Positions 25,477-36,725 of a stretch of DNA of 64,000 nucleotides are shown in pieces. Source of the stretch: an uncultured delta proteobacterium (GTDB lineage Bacteria > Myxococcota > UBA727 > VGSZ01); assembly GCA_963775425.1 (NCBI GenBank), contig CAVZJB010000016.1:960001-1024000 (forward strand). Direction: 5' to 3'. How positions within the stretch are numbered: the first letter of the stretch is position 1; each line of letters opens with the position of its first letter. A program made the position numbers and the translations under genes. The notes beneath the pieces are model-generated. The model saw nothing but the letters and a program-made list of their open reading frames with translations. It ran no database searches and was not told the origin of the DNA.

Positions 25477-26055
25477 ATGCTCGCCGCCGCGCTCCTCCTG
25501 TTGCCGCTCGCCGCGGAGGTGCCGCGCGACGCGGTCATCCACGCCGTCGCCGCCGGCGGCGAGGTGAGCGTGCGGATCACGATCGGCAAGCGGCGCTCCC
25601 TCGACGTCGACGGCGCCGCCCGGATCCTGCTCGAGGGCACCACGCTCGTGGTCGAGGCGCCGCTGCGCGCGGGCGGAAAGCCGCCGCAGGTCACCCTCGT
25701 CGTCGACCAGCTCGACCTCGTGAGCGCCGGCATCGGCGCCACCCACGTCGAGGTGACGGGCGTGCGCGGCAAGGCCCTCACGGTCTCCGCCGACGGCGCC
25801 GCGGTGGTGTCGGTGGCGGGGACGGTCGGCAAGCTCGCCGTGCGCGGCGGCGGCAGCGCCCAGATCGACACCCGCCACCTCGCCGCCCACGACGTCGATG
25901 TCTCCCTCAAAAACGCCGCCCGCGCCGACGTCCTCGTCGCCGACCACGGCTCGCTGCGCTGCGACCTGCGGCGCGCGAGCCGCCTGCGCGTACGCGGCAA
26001 GCCCGCGCACGTCGACAAGAAGGTCGCGGGCGTCGCCCGCCTCATCCTCGAGTGA
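25477..26055 (+). CDS. DUF2807/GIN-domain exported protein
   Basis: Signal peptide; repeated beta-strand pattern ending in RVRGKP..V. Confidence 0.7.
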   Translation: MLAAALLLLPLAAEVPRDAVIHAVAAGGEVSVRITIGKRRSLDVDGAARILLEGTTLVVEAPLRAGGKPPQVTLVVDQLDLVSAGIGATHVEVTGVRGKALTVSADGAAVVSVAGTVGKLAVRGGGSAQIDTRHLAAHDVDVSLKNAARADVLVADHGSLRCDLRRASRLRVRGKPAHVDKKVAGVARLILE

Positions 26056-26085
26056 CACGGCGCCGCGCGCCTCGACGGGGACGAG

Positions 26086-26993
26086 CTACGGCGGAAGCCG
26101 CGTCTTCCTCCACCGATCATCAAAGCGCTTGCGCAACAGCGCCGCGAGGTCCGCGCGCGCCGACGGCGGCGGCGAGAAGTCGGTGCGCAGGAGACCCGTG
26201 CGCATGTCCCGCGCGGTGCGGTAGCGGTCGTCGGGGTCGGGGGCGGTGGCGATCTCGACGACGAGCCGAAGCTCCTCGGGGACGCTGCGCGGCACGGCCT
26301 TGATGACGCCGCGCTGGTGCAGCTTGAAGACCGCGGCGTCGCGCTTGCCGGCGACGTCGAACGCGGGCTGCCCGACGAGCATCTCGTAGAGCACGAGGCC
26401 GGCGGCGAAGATGTCGGAGCGCTGATCGAGCGTGCCCATGCGCGCCTGCTCCGGGCTCAGGTAGCCGAGGGTGCCGACGATGGCGTCACCGCGAGGCTCC
26501 TGCTTGGTGGCGAGCGAGGAGCCGAAGTCGCCGACGCAGACGCGGCCGTCGTAGCGCAGGATGACGTTCTTGGGCGCGAGATCGCGGTGAACGAGGCCGA
26601 GCTGTCTGCCGGTGGCGTCCTTCAGGCGGAAGGCGAAGTCGAGGCCGGCGAGGACCTCGGTGACGACGTAGACCGCCAACGCAGGCGGGAGCTTCTTTTC
26701 GCGCGCGAGCACGGCGGCGAGGTCGATGCCGTCGACGTACTCGAGGACGCCGTAGTCCGAGCCGTTCTGCGAGCCCTTCTCGAAGCCGCGGATGAGGTTT
26801 TCGTGCGTGCACAGGAGCGCGAGCTGGAGCTCGCGGATGAAGCCCGCGTGCTGGTCGGGGTCGAACGAGATGTCCGGGCGGATGCGCTTGATGACGACGA
26901 GGTCGCCGCTGCGGACGTCGCGCGCGCGAAAGATCTCGGCGACGCCGCCGACGGCGAAGCGATCGAGCAGCTCGTAGTGGGAGATGCGCGCGC

Positions 26994-26997
<4 letters not shown>
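26086..26997 (-). CDS. Ser/Thr protein kinase (catalytic domain only)
   Basis: GGVAEIF, VIKRI, HRDLAPKN, DFG, GTLGYLSPE, SDIF. Confidence 0.93.
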
Positions 26998-28298
<1,301 letters not shown>

Positions 28299-28320
28299 GG
28301 GTATGGCCTCAACGCGCCTC

Positions 28321-28326
28321 TATGCT
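28321..28326 (+). promoter_or_regulatory. Putative -10 element (TATGCT) for rnpB
   Basis: TANNNT about 20 nt upstream of the predicted P1 helix. Confidence 0.45.
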
Positions 28327-28347
28327 ACGAACAACGGGCACGCCACA

Positions 28348-28707
28348 GCAGATGAGGCGCTCGCTGGCTTCCGCCGCAAGGCGGAGGCGGGAGGAAAGTC
28401 CGGGCTCCGCAGAGCAAGGGTGCAGGCCAACGGCCTGTCGGGGTGACTCGAAGGAAAGTGCCACAGAGAACAGACCGCCGGGCCTCGGCCCGGCAAGGGT
28501 GAAACGGTGCGGCAAGAGCGCACCGCGTCCTCGGAGACGAGGACGGCAGGGCAAACCCCACCCGGAGCAAGGCGGGGGTCGTCACGGTTGCTCGCCAGAC
28601 CCCCAGAAGCTGCTCGAGGGCGCCGGCAACGGCGCCCCTAGAGGAATGAGCGCCACCGCCGCAGGGCAACCGGCGGCGGGACAGAACCCGGCTTACGACC
28701 TGCCTGC
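28348..28707 (+). ncRNA. rnpB: RNase P RNA, bacterial type A
   Basis: GAGGAAAGTCCGGGCTCC, GGAAAGTGCCACAGA, GGGTGAAACGGTGCGG, ACAGAACCCGGCTTA; ends approximate. Confidence 0.97.
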
Positions 28708-28721
28708 GACGTGCATCGCCT

Positions 28722-28756
28722 CCGGCACCCTCGCGAGAGGGGGCCGGGGGCCCTTT
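28722..28756. terminator. GC-rich hairpin (GCGA tetraloop) between rnpB and the convergent RMD1 gene
   Basis: ccggc-a-ccctc GCGA gaggg-g-gccgg, followed by only a short T run. Confidence 0.45.
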
Positions 28757-28782
28757 CGTGCACGCGCGCTGCGACCGAAGCG

Positions 28783-29574
28783 CTACGAGGTGGCCATGGT
28801 GAAGAGCGTCAGCGCGATCTCGATGACGATGAGCCCGATGATGTACCACTCGAGCCGGTTGCTCTGCTTGTTCTGCACGAGGTTCAGGAGCATCTCCGCC
28901 GTCGACGTGATGAGCCCGAGCTTCCGCTCCAGCGTCTTGTCGCGCTCCTTCAGCTCGAACTCGTCCTCGAGGCGCAGGTAGAGGCGCTCGAGCTCCGGGC
29001 GGTCCCACAGGAGGTCGGGCTTGTCGCCGATCTCGATGCGCCCGGCGAGCGTGTTCTGGATGAGCAGCGTGGCGCCGAGGTGGCGGCGCAGTTGACGCTC
29101 GAGGCGGCCGCTGCCGCCTTTGCGCTCGAGGCTGCGGGCCCAGCTCTCGATGGCGCTCGTGGACTCGCGCATCACGCCCTCCGACCCGGCCAGCACCACG
29201 CTCTTGGCGAGGATCTCGGCGATGATCTGCATGCGCTCGACGGTGTAGTCGGCGACGTAGATGATCCCCGCCTCGATGCGCTCGTTGCCGTCCTCTGCGA
29301 TGCGCAGCTCGACGTCCTCGCTCTCGCCGTTTTGGAAGGGCTCGCTCACGTAGCGCCTGAGCTGCTCGACGAGCCCGGCCTCCTCGAGGGGCTGGACGTG
29401 GAAGAGCACGACGGCGCCGTAGCGGAAGAGCACCGCGAGGCCGCGCTCACCCGCCGGGATGGCCAGCGGCGCCGCCGCGAGGCGGTGCGTCTGCTCGAGG
29501 GTACGCACGTCGAGCTTCTCGCCCATGTAGAGGGCGCGGATCCGGACACTGGCATCTCCGCGAAACAGCTTCAT
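28783..29574 (-). CDS. RMD1/DUF155 family protein
   Basis: LFRYGAVVLF, LAKSVVL, DKPDLLWDRPELE, ELKER, RLEWYIIGLI. Confidence 0.9.
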   Translation of the reverse strand: MKLFRGDASVRIRALYMGEKLDVRTLEQTHRLAAAPLAIPAGERGLAVLFRYGAVVLFHVQPLEEAGLVEQLRRYVSEPFQNGESEDVELRIAEDGNERIEAGIIYVADYTVERMQIIAEILAKSVVLAGSEGVMRESTSAIESWARSLERKGGSGRLERQLRRHLGATLLIQNTLAGRIEIGDKPDLLWDRPELERLYLRLEDEFELKERDKTLERKLGLITSTAEMLLNLVQNKQSNRLEWYIIGLIVIEIALTLFTMATS

Positions 29575-29658
29575 GGGCTCGGAACTTGAATCGATCCACC
29601 TCACGTAGGCCACAATATGGCAAACAGGGAGACGGCCCTGTCAGCATGGGACCACCGG

Positions 29659-31734
29659 ATGGACGGCAAGGCGGCCACCTGTGTGCGCTGCGGTGCGGAG
29701 CTTGCGCCGACGGCGCACACTTGCGCGCAGTGCGGGGAGCTCGTCGCGAGCGCCGCCCCCCCGGCGCGGCTGACGCCGTCCTCGCCCCTGTTCGTCACCG
29801 CCGACACCCAGAAGAAATTCTCCGGTGACGTCCCCCTGCCCGGCGCCAACGAGGACGAGCTGCAGGCCCCGCCGCAGACGTCGTCGGAGGACCCGCGGTA
29901 CCGCACGGGCCAGCGCATGCTCGGCCACTACACGGTCGTGAGGCAGCTCGGCCGCGGCGGCATGGGCACCGTGTACCTCGCGCGCGACGACGTCAGCGGG
30001 CAGGAGGTGGCGGTCAAGGTGCTGCCGGCGTCGCTGGCCCGGGAGCGCGACATCCGCGAGCGGTTCATCGAGGAAGCGCGGGCGCTCGCGCAGATGGATC
30101 ACCCGAACATCGTGCCGCTCGTGACGTTCGCGCAGGAGGGCGAGGACCGCTTCCTCGTCATGAAGTACCTGCCCGGCGAGTCGCTCGACGCGCGGCTGCG
30201 CCGGCTCGGCGTCTTGCCACCCGAGCACGCGCGGAAGGTGTTGCGCGCGGTGCTCGCGGGCCTCGGGTACGCACACGCGCGCGGCGTCGTCCACCGGGAC
30301 GTCAAGCCCGCCAACGTGATCATCGAGGGCGACCTCGAGGGGGAGCACCGCGTGTTCCTCGTCGACTTCGGCATCGCCAAGAAGGAGGAGGGCGGACAGC
30401 ACCTCACGCAGACGGGCATGCTGATGGGCACGCCCCAGTACATGAGCCCGGAGCAGATCGGCGGCCAGTCCATCGACGGCCGCAGCGATCTGTACGCCGC
30501 CGGCCTCGTGCTGTTCGAGATGCTCGCCGGCCGGCCGCCCTTCGACGCGCAAAAGACCTTCCAGGTGTTGCGCGCGCACGTCGAGCAACCCGTGCCCGAC
30601 GTGCGCGAGGCGCGCGGCGGCCCGGTGCCCGAGGACCTCGTCGCCGTCGTCTACATCCTGCTGCGCAAGGATCCGAACGAGCGGCCGCGCGACGCGCACG
30701 AGGCCATCGGTCTGCTCGACGGCACCGGCTCGTTCCCCATCCTCAAGCCCGACGAGCGCCTGACGCCGTCCACCGTCTCGCTCAAGCGTCCGCCAGGCGA
30801 TCCGCACGCGCGGGCCACGACGGAGCCGCCGGCACCGCCGAGCGTTCCGCCGCGCGGGCCGCCGTCCCGCGGCGACGGCGACGGCGGCCTCAACGATCCG
30901 AGCGCGGAAGAGCTCGCGGTGGTGCGCCGGCGCGGCGGCGCGCTCGCCGCCGCCGGGCTGTTCCTGGGCGCTGCCGCGCTCACGACGCTGGCGCTGTGGA
31001 AGCCGTGGGCGGGCCCGGCCAATCCCGCCCGCGACGGCGGCGTCGCCGTCGCCGTCGCCGACGCCGAGCCCGAGCCCGTGGACCGCGCCGCCACGCTCCT
31101 GCTCATCCAGGCGGCGCGCACGAGCCTCAAGGACGGCGACACCGGCAAGGCCTTCAACGCCATCGAGGCCGCCGTGGAGCAGGCGCCCCAGGATCCCGAC
31201 GCCAAGAGCCTGCAGGTCGACGTGCGCACGGCCGCGGGCATGCTCGACGAGGCCGACAAGTCGCTCGCCGAGCTGAAGGAGCTCCTCGCGCAAAGGCCCG
31301 ACGCCGACGTCGCCGCCCGCGTCCCGGAGCAGGAGCAGGCGCTCGCGGACGCGCGCGACGACGCCGCCCGCGCGACGCACGAGGTGCGCGAAGCCCACGA
31401 GGCGCGCGAGCACGTGCGGGCGCCGAAGCGGCTGATCTCCGACGCGTCCATTCGCAAGGCGGCGGCGAGCACGCGCAGCGGGGTGCGCTCCTGCTACGCC
31501 GAGCACGTGCAGGCGCGCGATCGCAGCGCCGTCGGCGAGGTGACCGTGACCGTGCACTTCAAGGAGGACGGCACCGTCGCCAAGGCGCAGGTGACGGCGT
31601 CGAAGGGCCGCCGCTTCGGGTACCGCTCGTTTCGCCGCTGCGTGGAGCGTGAGATCAGAAAGTGGCGCGTCCCCCCGTTCAAGGGAGACGCGCCACCGGT
31701 GCCGTACACCATCTCGTTCCGCCCGGGCGCGTAG
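29659..31734 (+). CDS. Membrane Ser/Thr kinase: Zn ribbon, kinase, TM, TPR-like and TonB/AgmX-like C-terminal domain
   Basis: CVRC..CAQC; GRGGMG, HRDVKPAN, DFG, GTPQYMSPE; C-terminal VRSCY...FRRCV...W..PP. Confidence 0.9.
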   Translation: MDGKAATCVRCGAELAPTAHTCAQCGELVASAAPPARLTPSSPLFVTADTQKKFSGDVPLPGANEDELQAPPQTSSEDPRYRTGQRMLGHYTVVRQLGRGGMGTVYLARDDVSGQEVAVKVLPASLARERDIRERFIEEARALAQMDHPNIVPLVTFAQEGEDRFLVMKYLPGESLDARLRRLGVLPPEHARKVLRAVLAGLGYAHARGVVHRDVKPANVIIEGDLEGEHRVFLVDFGIAKKEEGGQHLTQTGMLMGTPQYMSPEQIGGQSIDGRSDLYAAGLVLFEMLAGRPPFDAQKTFQVLRAHVEQPVPDVREARGGPVPEDLVAVVYILLRKDPNERPRDAHEAIGLLDGTGSFPILKPDERLTPSTVSLKRPPGDPHARATTEPPAPPSVPPRGPPSRGDGDGGLNDPSAEELAVVRRRGGALAAAGLFLGAAALTTLALWKPWAGPANPARDGGVAVAVADAEPEPVDRAATLLLIQAARTSLKDGDTGKAFNAIEAAVEQAPQDPDAKSLQVDVRTAAGMLDEADKSLAELKELLAQRPDADVAARVPEQEQALADARDDAARATHEVREAHEAREHVRAPKRLISDASIRKAAASTRSGVRSCYAEHVQARDRSAVGEVTVTVHFKEDGTVAKAQVTASKGRRFGYRSFRRCVEREIRKWRVPPFKGDAPPVPYTISFRPGA

Positions 31735-31747
31735 CGCCGGTGGCCGC

Positions 31748-32398
31748 TCAGTTCCGCGGCGCGCCGATCCGCTCGAGCAGCCCGCGCGCGGCCGCGCGGC
31801 CCTGGAGGCGAGCGCGCTCCGAGCCGCCGCCGAGCTGCGCGGTGAAGTTCGCGGCGAGGCCGACGCCGTGCAGCTCGAACAGCACGTTGTCGAGGTCGAG
31901 CCCCTCGCGGAGCGCGCCCCGCTGCGCCGCCTCCTGCGCGGTGAGCCGCACCTGGCTGTTCCAGCTCTCGTAAAACGCGATCACGCGGTCGCGCACGGGG
32001 CCCGGCCGGCCGTCGAACTCGTGCGCCGCCGCCGAGAAGAAGCAGCCGCCCTGAAACGGCGTGCGCGAGCAGTAGTCGACGTAGCCCTCGACGAGGACCT
32101 CGAGGCGCTCGAAGCCCGCCGGCAACTGCTGCGCGGGCCGGACGACCGCGTCGAAGAAGATCCGCTCCGCTTCGTCGATGATGGCGATCTGGAGCGCCTC
32201 CTTGCTGCGGAAGTGCGCGAACAGTCCACTCTTGGACATCGACGTGGCCTTGGCGAGCGTGGCCAGGCTCATGGACGACAGACCCTCGACGGAGGCGATA
32301 TGCACGGCCTTCTCGAGGATGCGGTTTTGCGTCGCGGCCCCACGGGCACGAACCGACACGTTGGCGTTGCTGCTGTTGCTGGCGATGGAAACGACCAT
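31748..32398 (-). CDS. TetR/AcrR family transcriptional regulator
   Basis: EGLSSMSLATLAKATSMSKSGLFAHFRSKEALQ HTH; GGCFF; start 32398 or 32410. Confidence 0.93.
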   Translation of the reverse strand: MVVSIASNSSNANVSVRARGAATQNRILEKAVHIASVEGLSSMSLATLAKATSMSKSGLFAHFRSKEALQIAIIDEAERIFFDAVVRPAQQLPAGFERLEVLVEGYVDYCSRTPFQGGCFFSAAAHEFDGRPGPVRDRVIAFYESWNSQVRLTAQEAAQRGALREGLDLDNVLFELHGVGLAANFTAQLGGGSERARLQGRAAARGLLERIGAPRN

Positions 32399-32615
32399 GA
32401 CTTCCCCCATTCGGTGATTTGTTGCGCCGTTCGGCCCCCCGAAGACGCACTGACGTTGAAGCATCTATGCGCAGAGCGACCGGCGGTGGCAAGAAGGATC
32501 GCGCGGTCCATCCCGGAGTTTCCACAACGCAAAGTCTGCGCGCGACGACGCCTTTTTCTGCATGTCAGAATGTGCAACGCGACGGAGCCCCACCGGGGCC
32601 AAGCCAGGTGAACGC

Positions 32616-34703
32616 ATGACCACGCAAACCGCGACCTCCGAAAAGACCAAAGCTCCCCTGCCTGCGCTCAAGAGCGGTGCGCTCAAGAAGGTCGACGCCG
32701 ACAAGGTCCTCGGGTGGTACCGCTTGTTGTTCGCCACCCGCGCCATCGACGAGCGGGCGAGCCGCTACATCCGCCGTGGCATGGGGTGGAGCTACCACGC
32801 GCGCTGCGCGGGGCACGAAGGGATCCAGGTGGCGCTCGGCCTCCAGTTCCGGCCGAACGTCGACTTCCTCTTCCCGTACTACCGCGACCTCGGCACCAAC
32901 CTCGCCGCCGGCGTCACGCCCTACGAGCTGTTCTTGAACGGGCTGTCGCGCGACGCCGATCCCTGCTCGGGCGGGCGGCACATGTCCAACCACTTCGGCA
33001 AGCCCGCCATCGGCGTCCAGAACGTGTCGTCGTGCACGGGCAACCACACGCTCCACGCGGCCGGCGTCGCGCGCGCCATCAAGTACTACAAGGCCGAGGG
33101 CGTCGCGCTGTCGTCGCAAGGAGAGTCGTCGGCGTCGGAGGGCTATTGCTTCGAGGCGTACGCGGGCGCGGCGCGCGAGAAGCTGCCGGTTGTGTTCGTC
33201 ATCCAGAACAACCTGTACGGCATCTCCGTCCCCATCGCGGAGGGATCGCCCAACCCCAACGTCGGTGAGAACTTCCGGGGCATCAAGGGCCTCACCATCA
33301 TCGACTGCGACGGCACCGACATCTTCGACTCCATGCGCGCCATGGACGAGGCGGTCGCGCACGCGCGCAAAGGCGCAGGCCCCGTGCTCGTGCACGCACA
33401 GTGCGTCCGCATGGGCGCGCACAGCAACTCCGACGCGCAGGACCTCTACCGCTCGCCCGAGGAGCTCGCCGACGCCGCGCGCCTCAATCCCGTCTTGCGC
33501 CTGCGCGCGTACGTCCTCGACAAGAAGCTCAGCGACGAGGCCAGGCTCCAGAGCATGGAGGCCGAGATCGAGGCCGCGCTGGACAAGGACGCCGCGCGCG
33601 CCGAGGAGGCGGCCAAGCCCGCGCCCGACAGCGTGCACCTCTTCGTCACCCCGCCCGAGGTGGATCACCAAAAGGCGGGACACGAGCTCACGCCGCCGGA
33701 GGGCGAGCCCACCGAGAAGCTGCGCGAGGCCGTCAACCGCACGCTCCACGAGGAATTCCGCCACAACCCGAACACCTTCTGCTGGGGGCAGGACGTCGCC
33801 AGCAAGGACAAGGGTGGGGTGTTCAACCTCACCAAGAACATGCTCGCGGAGTTCGGCCACGGCCGCGTCTTCAACGCGCCCATCGCCGAGGACTTCATCG
33901 TCGGCACGGCCAACGGCATGTCGCGGTTCAAGAAGGAGATCCGCTGCGTCATCGAGGCCGCGCAGTTCGCGGACTACGTGTGGCCGGCCATGGAGCAGAT
34001 CGTCGAGATGAGCCACGAGTACTGGCGCACCAAGGGCCAGTTCTCGCCCAACGTCGTCTGCCGGCTCGCGTCCGGCGGCTACATCACCGGCGGCCTCTAT
34101 CACTCGCAAAACGTCGAAGCGATCATGAGCCACCTGCCCGGCCTGCGCGTGGTCTACCCCGCGTTCGCCGACGACGCGGCGGGCCTGTTGCGCACCGCCA
34201 TCCGCTCCGAGGGCATGACGTTCTTCCTCGAGCCCAAGTTCATGTACAACCGCCCCGAGGCAAAGGCGCCCAAGGGCAGCGACCGCTTCGCCGTGCCCTT
34301 CGGCAAAGGCCGCGTGCGCAGGAGCGGCACCGACGCCACCGTCATCACCTACGGCAACACCGTCCAGATGGCGCTGCGCGCCGCGGACAAGCTCGAGGCC
34401 GAGGGGCACAGCGTCGAGGTGTTCGACCTGCGCTCCATCAAGCCGCTCGACGTCGACGGCATCTGCGACACCGTGCGCCGCACCGGCAAGGTGCTCATCG
34501 CCCACGAGGATCATTGGTTCCAGGGCCTGGGCGGCACCGTCGCCGGCGTCATCGCCGATCGCTGCTTCATGGACCTCGACGCGCCCGTCAAGCGCGTGGC
34601 GGCGCTCGACATCCCCATCGGCTTCGCGCCCAGCCTCGAGCAGGCCATCCTGCCGAACGCCGACACCATCGAGGCCGCGCTGCGCGAGCTGCTCGCGTTC
34701 TGA
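32616..34703 (+). CDS. 2-oxoacid (probably branched-chain) dehydrogenase E1, fused alpha/beta
   Basis: GHEG, PYYRD, GESS..IQNN TPP motif, HSNSD, GQDV, NAPIAE, HSQ, DLRSIKPLD. Confidence 0.93.
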   Translation: MTTQTATSEKTKAPLPALKSGALKKVDADKVLGWYRLLFATRAIDERASRYIRRGMGWSYHARCAGHEGIQVALGLQFRPNVDFLFPYYRDLGTNLAAGVTPYELFLNGLSRDADPCSGGRHMSNHFGKPAIGVQNVSSCTGNHTLHAAGVARAIKYYKAEGVALSSQGESSASEGYCFEAYAGAAREKLPVVFVIQNNLYGISVPIAEGSPNPNVGENFRGIKGLTIIDCDGTDIFDSMRAMDEAVAHARKGAGPVLVHAQCVRMGAHSNSDAQDLYRSPEELADAARLNPVLRLRAYVLDKKLSDEARLQSMEAEIEAALDKDAARAEEAAKPAPDSVHLFVTPPEVDHQKAGHELTPPEGEPTEKLREAVNRTLHEEFRHNPNTFCWGQDVASKDKGGVFNLTKNMLAEFGHGRVFNAPIAEDFIVGTANGMSRFKKEIRCVIEAAQFADYVWPAMEQIVEMSHEYWRTKGQFSPNVVCRLASGGYITGGLYHSQNVEAIMSHLPGLRVVYPAFADDAAGLLRTAIRSEGMTFFLEPKFMYNRPEAKAPKGSDRFAVPFGKGRVRRSGTDATVITYGNTVQMALRAADKLEAEGHSVEVFDLRSIKPLDVDGICDTVRRTGKVLIAHEDHWFQGLGGTVAGVIADRCFMDLDAPVKRVAALDIPIGFAPSLEQAILPNADTIEAALRELLAF

Positions 34704-34733
34704 ACAGCCCGACCGTCGCGGCGGTTTGGCCGC

Positions 34734-36551
34734 TCAGAACGGGTTGGACTTCTTGACGTTGTCGAAGCCACCGGTCCCCGTGGCGGGACCGGAGGCGAGC
34801 TGGAGCTTGAGCGCCTGGTGCGCGCTCGCGACCTTCTTGCGCAGCTCCTCGACGCGAGCGGCGAGCAACTGTTGCGCGGAGCCCTCGGGGATGAGCGAGG
34901 GATTGAGCTCGCGCATGCGGGCGTCGAAGGCGGCGTCGATCTCGACGGCGTCGGCTTCGAAGCCCACGCCGAGCACCTGGCGCGGCAGGGTGAGCGGCTT
35001 GAGCCGCATGTAGAGACCGAAGATGGCCTCACGCGCCTTGGCCTCCTCCTCGGACTGCGGCGGCTCCGTGGGGAATTCGACGTCGACGAGCGTCACGGCC
35101 TCGTCGTCGACGTCGGCGATCATGAAGGCGCCGTCGTTGAGCGTGACGCCGCCGGCGTCCTTGGCGTGCGGCTCGGCGTCGAGCGTGATGAGCTTCGTGT
35201 CGCGCAGCGAGAGCATCACGAGCGTGCCCATGAACTGATCGAGGCTCGTGTACTCGAGCACCTCGCGCACCGTACGCGTGCCGTCGATGATGTGGTCGAG
35301 GCGGGCGCCGCGCACGAACGCCGCGAGCTTGTCGGCGGACTTGCCGAGGCCGGGCGCGGGCGCGACGTACTTGTCCTCCATCTCGTTGGCCACCGCGAGC
35401 AATTGCGCCGGCGTCATGTTCCTGCGACGCGACTCGAGGACGAGGCCGAACGGGTTCACGCGCAACAGCGGCGCGACGTCGAGGAACTTGCGGTCCTCCT
35501 CGAAGCGATACGCGCCCGACGCGGCGTTGGCGAGCGACAGCACGAAGTCGCGCACGAGCTCGCGCATGAAGTCGTGCATCTGCTGGCCCGTGAGGACGCC
35601 CTTTTGCACCAGGGAGCCGAGCAACTGGCCCTGCGCGACCGCGTCGATGCGGGCGTCCGGCGGCAGCTTGCCCTTTTGCACGAGGCGACGGTGCAGGCCG
35701 GCGTCGCCGAGCGGGTCGTCGGCCCACACGGGCTCGCCCCGGTAGAAGTACAGGACGCCGGCAGCGGGGCCGTCCTTGACGACGAGGCGCCCGGTGAGCT
35801 CCTGCGAAAAGACGCCGAGGAGGAGCGCCGGCCCGCTGTCACCTTCGAGGAGCCCCTCGAGGAGCGGGCCCTCCTCCTCGGTGGTGACCGGCGCGGGCGC
35901 GGAGGTGATCCCCGTGACCCCCGTGATCGGCGCCGGCGCGGCGATGAGCCGCTCGGTGGGTTCGTCGGGCGTGAGCGAGTTGGGCGCCAGTGGGTTGGGC
36001 GCCGGTGGGTTGGGCGCCCGTGACCGGGGCGCCGGCGAGCTCGGCGCCACCGCGGCGTGCACGGGCATCTTGAGGGTGGGATCCTCGTCGATGGGCGTGG
36101 GTGTCGCGACCACCGCGTTGGGCGTGGTCTTGTCGGCGTTGGTCTCGGGGAGCTGGAACTCGGAGAGCGACACGTCCTCGCCGTCGACGGGCTCGATGAG
36201 GGCGTTTTCAACCGCGGCGGCGACGGCGTCGGCGGTCGCCTGCGGGCTGATGACGTCGACCTTGGTGCCGAGCACCGTCGGGATGGTCGCGGGATCGCTG
36301 CCCTCGCGGTGGATCACCAGAATGACGACGTCGGGGTGGCGCCGGCGCGCGAGCTGGCAGAGGCCGCGCAGGGAGAGCGTGCGGCGGCCCTCCGCGGCGA
36401 CGACGGCGCCGAAGTCCGCGCGGCCGAGGGCGGCCATGGCGCCGAACGCGTCACCGACGTCGAGGTAGCGAAGGCCGCGGCGCGACAGCGCGTGCACCAG
36501 GTGGCGCCGCCTCGACTCGTCGTCGTCCACCACGAGGGTGCTTCGCTGCAT
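34734..36551 (-). CDS. Pseudo-receiver, Pro-rich linker, DUF4388 and J-like domain protein
   Basis: LVVDDD without the phospho-Asp; TGRLVV..LYFYRGEPV; VLGV..EID..SAHQAL without HPD. Confidence 0.75.
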   Translation of the reverse strand: MQRSTLVVDDDESRRRHLVHALSRRGLRYLDVGDAFGAMAALGRADFGAVVAAEGRRTLSLRGLCQLARRRHPDVVILVIHREGSDPATIPTVLGTKVDVISPQATADAVAAAVENALIEPVDGEDVSLSEFQLPETNADKTTPNAVVATPTPIDEDPTLKMPVHAAVAPSSPAPRSRAPNPPAPNPLAPNSLTPDEPTERLIAAPAPITGVTGITSAPAPVTTEEEGPLLEGLLEGDSGPALLLGVFSQELTGRLVVKDGPAAGVLYFYRGEPVWADDPLGDAGLHRRLVQKGKLPPDARIDAVAQGQLLGSLVQKGVLTGQQMHDFMRELVRDFVLSLANAASGAYRFEEDRKFLDVAPLLRVNPFGLVLESRRRNMTPAQLLAVANEMEDKYVAPAPGLGKSADKLAAFVRGARLDHIIDGTRTVREVLEYTSLDQFMGTLVMLSLRDTKLITLDAEPHAKDAGGVTLNDGAFMIADVDDEAVTLVDVEFPTEPPQSEEEAKAREAIFGLYMRLKPLTLPRQVLGVGFEADAVEIDAAFDARMRELNPSLIPEGSAQQLLAARVEELRKKVASAHQALKLQLASGPATGTGGFDNVKKSNPF

Positions 36552-36725
36552 CGCCCGCCTTCCGCCGCGGCTCACCGTCGACGCCGCGCGTTGGCGACAA
36601 TAGCCGTAGCGCCGGACCGGTGCCAAACGCGCCGAGCGGCCCGACCGCGATCGATGGCGCGGCCGCCCGTCGCCGTTGCGGCTCGGCATTGCGGGCGCCG
36701 CGCCGGTGTCGCATCGTCCCCGCCG

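Noticed and set aside
28309-29008. ORFs overlapping rnpB
   Set aside because: The region is explained by the RNase P RNA
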